Source: Nitrospirota bacterium
Lineage (GTDB): Bacteria; Nitrospirota; Thermodesulfovibrionia; Thermodesulfovibrionales; Dissulfurispiraceae
Assembly (NCBI GenBank): GCA_040758355.1
Contig: JBFLWF010000031.1
Coordinates: 1 to 23,845 of the forward strand
Length of the DNA stretch: 23,845 nt
Direction of reading: 5' to 3'
The notes beneath the pieces were generated by a model. That model did not search any database. It worked only from the letters and a program-made list of their open reading frames with translations, and was not told the origin of the DNA. Shown here piece by piece: positions 18,061 through 23,845 of this stretch. Every line of letters begins with the position of its first letter. Position 1 is the first letter of the stretch. Position numbers and translations under genes: made by a program.

Positions 18061-18913
18061 AGCCATTCACCTCTTGCCGATATTTCTTTAGAAGCAGCTT
18101 TGAAATCTCTCCCACCCTGAATTCTGTCTTATCAACCCCTTTATCAACCCTGCGGGCAGGCATTACCTCCATGGTTGTATTTGTTATAAATACCTCGGAT
18201 GCCGTGTATAGTTCTTCAGGAGCGAATTCTCCTTCCTTTACCTCAAGGCCGTTCTTTAAGGCGAGGTCTATAACCAAAGCCCTTGTTATGCCGTCGAGGA
18301 TTCCGCATTCAACAGAAGGCGTGCATAAAATTCCATTCTTTACAAAAAATATATTGCTTATCGTACCTTCTGTAAGATGGCCTGCAGCATTGAGCATTAT
18401 GGCTTCGTATGCACCTGCCTGCTTTGCCTCAATCTTTGCAAGGATGTTATTGAGGAAGTTAAGAGACTTGATTTGGGGATTGAGCGCCTCTCTGAGATTC
18501 CTTCTGACAGATGCGACTGTTAATTTTATTCCCTCTTCGTAATAAGACTTAGGATAACTCTTGAATTCATTTGTCATCACAACAAATGTTGGCTCCTTGC
18601 AGAGGTCGGGATCAAGGCCGATGGGGCCGTAACCTCTTGATATGGTCAGCCTGACATAGGCATTTGTCAGGGAGTTTGCCTTTAATGTTTCGTAGATTGC
18701 TATTTTTATATCGGGTATTTTTTTAGGAATAGCAAGACCTATAAGGGATGCAGAGCGATATAATCTTTCGATATGCTCATCGAGCATAAATACAACGCCG
18801 TCATAAACACGCATTGTCTCATATATGCCGTCTCCGTACAAAAAGCCGTGGTCGAATGCAGAGACCTTCGCATCCGATGCAGGAACGATTTTATTATTTA
18901 AATATACATACAT
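18017..18913 (-). CDS. PLP-dependent aminotransferase class IV (IlvE/PabC/Dat family)
   Basis: FDHGFLYGDGIYET, IKSLNFLNN, EG..SNIF, GILDGITR and EVFITNT motifs. Confidence 0.92.
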   Translation of the reverse strand: MYVYLNNKIVPASDAKVSAFDHGFLYGDGIYETMRVYDGVVFMLDEHIERLYRSASLIGLAIPKKIPDIKIAIYETLKANSLTNAYVRLTISRGYGPIGLDPDLCKEPTFVVMTNEFKSYPKSYYEEGIKLTVASVRRNLREALNPQIKSLNFLNNILAKIEAKQAGAYEAIMLNAAGHLTEGTISNIFFVKNGILCTPSVECGILDGITRALVIDLALKNGLEVKEGEFAPEELYTASEVFITNTTMEVMPARRVDKGVDKTEFRVGEISKLLLKKYRQEVNGYVKEKKAEGPSLWE

Positions 18914-18916
18914 TTT

Positions 18917-19258
18917 TTAAAATGCCTCCGGTATATGATTTACTTCTGCATTTCCGTCTCTGGATATGATGCTCACAATATCAAACCTTACAGGTAATTC
19001 TATTTTATTATGCTTTAGATAATAAAGGGCAATCTTTTTGAGCTTTTCCTGCTTCCTGTGATTAACGGCTTCAAATGGCTGTCCAAAGGCATCGCTGCTC
19101 CTTGCCTTAACCTCGACAAAAATAATCATATCCTTATCCCTTGCTATAATATCAGCCTCGCCGAGCGGCGTTTTGTAATTGCGCTTGAGGATCGCATAGC
19201 CGTTTTTCTTCAAATACTCCACGGCGATATCCTCGCCGCTAACACCTAAGGATTTCAT
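18917..19258 (-). CDS. yraN: YraN/UPF0102 family putative endonuclease
   Basis: GEDIAVEYL, GEADIIA, FVEVKAR and RFDIV motifs. Confidence 0.93.
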   Translation of the reverse strand: MKSLGVSGEDIAVEYLKKNGYAILKRNYKTPLGEADIIARDKDMIIFVEVKARSSDAFGQPFEAVNHRKQEKLKKIALYYLKHNKIELPVRFDIVSIISRDGNAEVNHIPEAF

Positions 19259-19263
19259 GTAAG

Positions 19264-19292
19264 ATTATACGATTTTTCAGCGCATACTTCAA
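19264..19292 (-). promoter_or_regulatory. Sigma70-type promoter TTGAAG-N17-TATAAT, 5 nt upstream of the yraN ATG
   Basis: -35 at 19287-19292, -10 at 19264-19269, ATG at 19258; no room for an RBS. Confidence 0.7.
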
Positions 19293-19353
19293 AAAGGAAG
19301 TTCAAGGAATTTTGACAAAGCTCTCTCATTCCAGATTCTCCTTCGAAAATGGT

Positions 19354-19397
19354 CATCACTGTTCTAAAATAAAAATTGCCTGTCAATTTTATTGGAT
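19354..19397. repeat. 44-bp direct repeat, copy 1
   Basis: catcactgttctaaaataaaaattgcctgtcaattttattggat; 43/44 identical to 20094..20137. Confidence 0.92.
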
Positions 19398-19427
19398 CTA
19401 TTATTGCGAAAGAATAAATGCGTGAAA

Positions 19428-19790
19428 CTAAAAAGGCAGAATCTTTACCCGTGCCCTTATTTCGTCAACTGTAATAAATGCTCCACTTTCAATGACTGAC
19501 TTGTATTTTTTAAGTGTTTGTACCAATCTGCTGCCGAGGGCTTGTGGCATAACATCTCGTGTGCGAACTTGAATAACGCTTGGGCCTTCAGAATGGGTAG
19601 CCGCCAGAAGTGCTCCAAAGTCTAAATCGTGCGTGAATACAATATAACCTCTTTCACTCGCCCACTCCATAATAGCTTTGTCGGTTGCCTTCATATCTCC
19701 CACCGCTGACCAATGAACAGCTTCCAATCCGTGCTGTTTAAATAGTTCAACCCAGTCTGGAGAAAGGTTCATGTCTATCAAGATTTTCAC
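19428..19790 (-). CDS. DUF5615 PIN-like protein (VapC45-type putative toxin)
   Basis: MKILIDMNLSP, HWS.VG...A.D..I, VFTHDLDFG.LLA and PSVIQVR motifs; GTGA/TGA overlap with the upstream gene. Confidence 0.88.
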   Translation of the reverse strand: MKILIDMNLSPDWVELFKQHGLEAVHWSAVGDMKATDKAIMEWASERGYIVFTHDLDFGALLAATHSEGPSVIQVRTRDVMPQALGSRLVQTLKKYKSVIESGAFITVDEIRARVKILPF

Positions 19791-20017
19791 GCAGAAACAA
19801 GAGGGACTTCAATCTCTTCAGATCTCCATGCAGCATAGGTAAGCGCTTCCTGAATGTCTTCTTCTTCGAGATATGGATATGCCTTCAGTATTTGGTCGTG
19901 AGTGTATCCAGATGCGATAAGTCCTACAATTGTTCCCACCGTGACCCGCATGCCCCTTATGCATGGCTTACCGCCCATCACGTTCGGATCAAATGTTATG
20001 CGTTTTAGCTCCTTCAT
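19787..20017 (-). CDS. DUF433 family protein (VapB45-type putative antitoxin)
   Basis: RITFDPNVMGGKPCIRGMRVTV...YPYLEEEDI.EAL.YAA; GAGGGG RBS; TGcTATAAT extended -10 upstream. Confidence 0.9.
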   Translation of the reverse strand: MKELKRITFDPNVMGGKPCIRGMRVTVGTIVGLIASGYTHDQILKAYPYLEEEDIQEALTYAAWRSEEIEVPLVSA

Positions 20018-20093
20018 TTTTAGCTCCCCTCTTTAAAAAATCGTTTATAATCATTATAGCACACGGAGATAAGGACTTTTGCGGCATTCCTCC

Positions 20094-20137
20094 CATCACT
20101 GCTCTAAAATAAAAATTGCCTGTCAATTTTATTGGAT
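20094..20137. repeat. 44-bp direct repeat, copy 2 (contains the stop codon of the adjacent membrane protein gene)
   Basis: catcactgctctaaaataaaaattgcctgtcaattttattggat. Confidence 0.92.
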
Positions 20138-20833
20138 ATTAAACAGCTCGGTTATATTGTCATAGCCGAGCCAATAAACTGTTGTCCAGAGAACAGCATG
20201 GATCGCTGTGATGGTTATCAAAGCAAAAATCAGTCTTGTCCGGGTTTTTAGCTCATCCCTGAAAAACATCACCGTGTAGTCCGGTCCCGACCAGAAAGAT
20301 GCAAGAGTAATTTCATAGATGAAAACAATACTTCCCGCTATTTTCGAATGAGAAAGAATGACATTTGCCATCCGGCGATATGAACGGCCAAGCGTCATGT
20401 CCCGTCCGGTCTTCTCGTATATTGCGACAAAAATTACCGATGATGGAATATCGATGACAAGCCATATACCGCAGACAGCCGTCAGATATGAAAACCCGAG
20501 TTCCTTCAATGCTATCACCAGACCAAAGCTCGATGCCGCCAAAACATAATCAAGCGATGAGTAAAATATCCTCTTAGACATTGTTCCGGTAACTTTTTTA
20601 GTTTTTGCGCCAGCGCCGTCTGCTTGATTTATATCAAAGAAAACATCAGAAGCTTCATCAAAAATCCGCCAATACGCAATCGACAGCACTGTTATTAATA
20701 ATGCTGCCGGCAATCCGATTTTCAGCCCGCCGAAGTTATATGAAACAAATCCAGCGACAGCCGTAAACAATATGCAAAACTTCACAACTATCCATGGCTT
20801 CTCCCGTAGAGCTTTCAGGGTTAAGTTTTTCAT
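20129..20833 (-). CDS. Hypothetical multi-pass membrane protein
   Basis: About 6 hydrophobic segments; likely ATG at 20833 (234 aa); no family recognised with certainty. Confidence 0.75.
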   Translation of the reverse strand: MKNLTLKALREKPWIVVKFCILFTAVAGFVSYNFGGLKIGLPAALLITVLSIAYWRIFDEASDVFFDINQADGAGAKTKKVTGTMSKRIFYSSLDYVLAASSFGLVIALKELGFSYLTAVCGIWLVIDIPSSVIFVAIYEKTGRDMTLGRSYRRMANVILSHSKIAGSIVFIYEITLASFWSGPDYTVMFFRDELKTRTRLIFALITITAIHAVLWTTVYWLGYDNITELFNIQ

Positions 20834-20840
20834 GTTATAG

Positions 20841-21293
20841 TCAGGCCGTTTTCCCTCCCTGCCTGGCTTCGCAATTGGCAATGTCGAAAACACCGGTGGT
20901 GTTTTTCAGATTAAATACAATGGCAGGAGCGATTGCCGCCAACAAGAACAGCTTCAATTTGAAGCCGATGTCCTTCTTGTGAACAAAGACATAGATAAAA
21001 TAAAAGCTCAAAAAGAATATCAGTGGGTCCAAGATTCCAAAAAATGACCAGAGGAACATGATTATACGGCTGTCTATATTTGTCCAAACAACAAGACTAA
21101 AAAAAACCCACAAGGAAAAAACTATCGAGAGAGATAATAAAATTTTACTTGCTAAATTTCTACTCTTATAAAATATAAAAAGACCGAAAAACAAAGCAAC
21201 AATAGCCGTTGGAATGTGTGAGTAATAGAGCAAATGAGGAATCGAATCGGAAAAAATGAAATAATTTGGCGCTGGTATATCCGTGCAAAACAT
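20841..21293 (-). pseudogene. Probably truncated N-terminal 7TM-type sensor domain of a histidine kinase
   Basis: 150 aa with about 4-5 TM segments (LLYYSHIPTAIVALFFGLF...WVFFSLVVW...FDIANCEA), then an abrupt RQGGKTA* ending. It resembles, from recall, HisKA_7TM-like heads of CPR kinases; no HisKA/HATPase domain follows. Confidence 0.5.
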
Positions 21294-21294
21294 C

Positions 21295-21819
21295 TTATTT
21301 TTTCTTAATTTTGTTAATTTTATCTTGCAAAAAATATTGGAAGTATCCGTCATATCTTTTTTGCAATTCCGGAATTTTCCAGTCATTGTCAGTCACCCAG
21401 CCGCGGCAATTTGACGATCCGCAAAGACATTTGAATTTGTACGGCTTTTCTCCTTTGGCTCTGTAAAGGCACATCGCGTAATCAAAGGTTACTTCCTCGC
21501 CTTTTTTTATATCCCTCATCGCTTCCAAAAATATCTGCCCGCGAAACCCGGCATTCGGATTGCAACTGTGATTAAAATAGCTTGAAGTTTCAATCCCCGG
21601 ACCATTTAAAACTAGGTTTTCGGAAATTTGAAGGCCAGAATCTCTGATTTCTTTTGGCAATTTCAATTCTTCCTTTGTCGTCATAACATAACCTCCGGCG
21701 ATATTTAACATCTCACCTCTTTTAATATTTTCTTCCGCGAACACGCCATTGCCGCAATTCTTCGTTTTTCTTACTTTTAATTTTGGATTTGTCCAGTCAA
21801 AAGATTTTTTATTTTTCAT
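21295..21819 (-). CDS. SET-domain protein-lysine methyltransferase with post-SET motif
   Basis: GNGVFA, YFNHSCNPN, GEEVTFDY and CLCGSSNCRG motifs; start at 21819 (GGAG) or 21834. Confidence 0.92.
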   Translation of the reverse strand: MKNKKSFDWTNPKLKVRKTKNCGNGVFAEENIKRGEMLNIAGGYVMTTKEELKLPKEIRDSGLQISENLVLNGPGIETSSYFNHSCNPNAGFRGQIFLEAMRDIKKGEEVTFDYAMCLYRAKGEKPYKFKCLCGSSNCRGWVTDNDWKIPELQKRYDGYFQYFLQDKINKIKKK

Positions 21820-21840
21820 ACTCCACAATGCCATTTTGAA

Positions 21841-22335
21841 TTACACATTCATAAATTTTTTGTTTTTCTTGAAGTATTCGGGATCTTTCCAGTCGTTGCC
21901 GGTGATTATTTTTCTGCAATTTTTTGATCCGCAACGACAACGCATTTTATATTTCGGATCAGTAACTGAAAAACCATAATCTTGGGTTAATTCCTCTCCC
22001 GCCTTAACATTTTTTATCAAAACCAAATCGCCTTTTTTATTGAAGCCCATATTTGGATCGCAGCTATGATTGGAAAACCATGACATCGGGAGGTAATTTA
22101 AATCCGGAACAGAATAAAACCCATCATAAACCTGTGTACAAAAATCGGTTATTACCTTGCTTGTTATTTTATCTAATTCTTCATATGTTTTCTTGCTAAA
22201 ATATTTTTCATTGCAAGAGAATGTTTTGTTTATTACCGTGTCTTTTTTCAATGAACGGAGAGCGAAAAGACCAACTTCTCCCGGAAGCATTTTTGATGGC
22301 TTTACTGTGATTATGGCTTTTGGAAATTTTTTCAT
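21841..22335 (-). CDS. SET-domain protein-lysine methyltransferase with post-SET motif
   Basis: VGLFA, FSNHSCDPN, GEELTQDY and CRCGSKNCRK motifs. Confidence 0.92.
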   Translation of the reverse strand: MKKFPKAIITVKPSKMLPGEVGLFALRSLKKDTVINKTFSCNEKYFSKKTYEELDKITSKVITDFCTQVYDGFYSVPDLNYLPMSWFSNHSCDPNMGFNKKGDLVLIKNVKAGEELTQDYGFSVTDPKYKMRCRCGSKNCRKIITGNDWKDPEYFKKNKKFMNV

Positions 22336-22475
22336 AACACTTTTTTAAAATCTAAATTATTCTCCCTCGCCCAGTCAATTATATACCCATTTACGCTTGG
22401 CGGGTAGCAAAATTACATTTTTCATTTCTTTAATATTATCGCGACTGATCATTTCTTCAGATGTATATAGATCGC

Positions 22476-23597
22476 TCACAAAATAAATTCCAGATAATTA
22501 TCCCTGCTTATAACTTTGTAATTCGCGTTTTTGTATGTTTTCAGCCATTCTTTAGGCGGATGCTTTTTGCCTTTTGACCATTTTATTTCATAACCGAAAA
22601 GTTTGCCGTCCCTGTCTTCTACCAGATCAATCTCATAGCCGCTGTAAGCGCGCCAAAAATACGTATAGCCGTGTATTGATTCGTAAGAAAGCTTTTTCAG
22701 CCGCTCGCAAAAAATGAAATTTTCCCACAGCGCGCCGACATCATTCCTGTTTTCCAATTCGTTAAATTGCGCTATCACGGCATTGCGGATGCCGTTATCA
22801 AGAAAATAATATTTCATTTTTTTGGTCACTTCCTTTCTGAGATTACGGCTGAATCCGCCCACTGAACGGATAACGAAACTTTTTTCCAGCAAATCCAAAT
22901 AACGCGCGACTGTTCTTATGTTCACGGAGAGCTGTCCGGCCAATTCATTCAAAGAAACAAGATTACCGATTTGAAAAGCCAAAAGCTTCAACAAATTCAG
23001 AAGCGTTTTGGGAGATTTGATATTTTCCAAGGCCAGAATATCTTTAAGCAAATATGAGTCAACGATTTCGGCTAGTATTTTTACTTTTTCTTTTTTGGTT
23101 TTGGCGGTAACAACCTCCGGATAAGAGCCGAAAACAAGAAATTCATCCAGCTTTTCTTTCAACTCATAACGATTGTAAATGGCGGATAATTCTTTCTGGG
23201 AAATCGGGTAAAGTATGATTGTCTCTTTCCGGCCGGTCAGCGGTTCGCCGATTTGTTGCGAAAGGTCAAATGATGACGAGCCAGTAGCGATAACCTGCAT
23301 TCTCTTTGCTTGATCCGCTATTATCTTAAGTCCGGTTCCTATACCTGGTATCATCTGGGCTTCGTCAATCGCCAAGAGTTCGTAACCTGCGACATATTCA
23401 AGAATTTTTTCAAAATCCCCGGAGCCCAGAATATTTTGCACTCTTATATTGTCTCCATTATCATATTTAAATTTGAGTTTCGTTCCGTCAAGAAAATTTT
23501 CCAGCAGAGTTGTTTTGCCAACGCGCCTCGGGCCATAGATAACCAGAACCTTCCCCTGTTTTAAAAGTTTTCCTATTTTGTAATGCCTTTTTATCAT
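22476..23597 (-). CDS. AAA+ ATPase (AAA_14 plus DUF4143, C-terminal PD-(D/E)XK-like motif)
   Basis: GPRRVGKT, IDEAQ, ATGSSS, LTGR, GSYPE, YFLDNGIRN, WENF and EIDLV...YEIKW motifs. Confidence 0.9.
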   Translation of the reverse strand: MIKRHYKIGKLLKQGKVLVIYGPRRVGKTTLLENFLDGTKLKFKYDNGDNIRVQNILGSGDFEKILEYVAGYELLAIDEAQMIPGIGTGLKIIADQAKRMQVIATGSSSFDLSQQIGEPLTGRKETIILYPISQKELSAIYNRYELKEKLDEFLVFGSYPEVVTAKTKKEKVKILAEIVDSYLLKDILALENIKSPKTLLNLLKLLAFQIGNLVSLNELAGQLSVNIRTVARYLDLLEKSFVIRSVGGFSRNLRKEVTKKMKYYFLDNGIRNAVIAQFNELENRNDVGALWENFIFCERLKKLSYESIHGYTYFWRAYSGYEIDLVEDRDGKLFGYEIKWSKGKKHPPKEWLKTYKNANYKVISRDNYLEFIL

Positions 23598-23604
23598 CAA
23601 AACA

Positions 23605-23649
23605 ACTGTATATTAACTACATAAATTTGTCAAATTTTATGCAGTAATA
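23605..23649 (-). promoter_or_regulatory. Promoter TTGACA-N17-TACAGT overlapped by a ~39-bp imperfect palindrome
   Basis: -35 at 23628-23633, -10 at 23605-23610. Arms: tattaactacataaatttg (23611-23629) and caaattttatgcagtaata (23631-23649). Confidence 0.6.
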
Positions 23650-23721
23650 ATGCAAAGATTGGGATTGGCCCTGCTGTTTTATATAGCGCCATATAGCGAT
23701 TCTGCCCTACATTTTTTATAT

Positions 23722-23845
23722 GGCTCTTCGTGTAATCGAGTGGGTCATTTTATATCTCCTTGAGCATACATGTAAGTATTTTCAGGCGCAGATACTCCTC
23801 GTCTCTGAGACCGTAAGCCCTTCTCTGTATAACACGAATTTTGTT
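23722..23845 (-). mobile_element. Right end of a second copy of the same ISL3-family IS (transposase C-terminus at 23750..23845)
   Basis: 23722..23843 is the exact reverse complement of 1..122; it begins GGCTCTTCGTG. Confidence 0.88.

Noticed and set aside
19255..19356. Short minus-strand ORF starting at the edge of repeat copy 1 (MTIFEGESG...)
   Set aside because: About 33 codons, no RBS, overlaps the yraN promoter, and no recognisable homology.
20039..20063. TATAAT-C-ATTATA palindrome as a dif/pdif site
   Set aside because: The central spacer is too short and the XerD arm (TTATGTTAAAT) does not match. It is better explained as the TA promoter -10 or operator.
19354..20137. 44-bp repeats as a CRISPR array or integron attC sites
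   Set aside because: Only two copies, 740 bp apart; no cas or intI gene; no RYYYAAC/GTTRRRY ends.
1..23845. Linear plasmid or phage with terminal inverted repeats
   Set aside because: The repeats are transposase C-termini ending in an inward-facing IS IR, and the content is chromosomal housekeeping genes with no replication or virion genes.

Overview
Bacterial chromosomal segment, probably a whole contig. Both ends carry the same 122-bp 3' end of an ISL3-type insertion sequence in inverted orientation. About 19 kb (186-19258) is housekeeping backbone whose gene style suggests Nitrospirota or a related anaerobe (inference from recall, not a search). It encodes an ADP-forming acyl-CoA ligase with a DRTGG/Pta-N protein, a membrane HD-GYP protein, queC, plsY, pgsA, kdsC/kdsD/kdsA, an ABC-F ATPase, cfa, hemB, a HesB/IscA protein, lptF/lptG, deoC, a class IV aminotransferase and yraN. 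A UPF0175/DUF3368 PIN toxin-antitoxin pair sits inside the kds-pgsA-plsY operon. The right 4.4 kb is accessory. A DUF433/DUF5615 TA pair is bracketed by 44-bp direct repeats. It is followed by an AT-richer block that resembles Patescibacteria (CPR) DNA: an unknown membrane protein, a truncated 7TM sensor-kinase head, two tandem SET/post-SET methyltransferases and an AAA_14/DUF4143 ATPase. Other notable structure: an in-frame palindromic element plus nonamer repeats inside queC, short 7-8 bp repeat arrays built into gene ends, and several apparently leaderless promoters.
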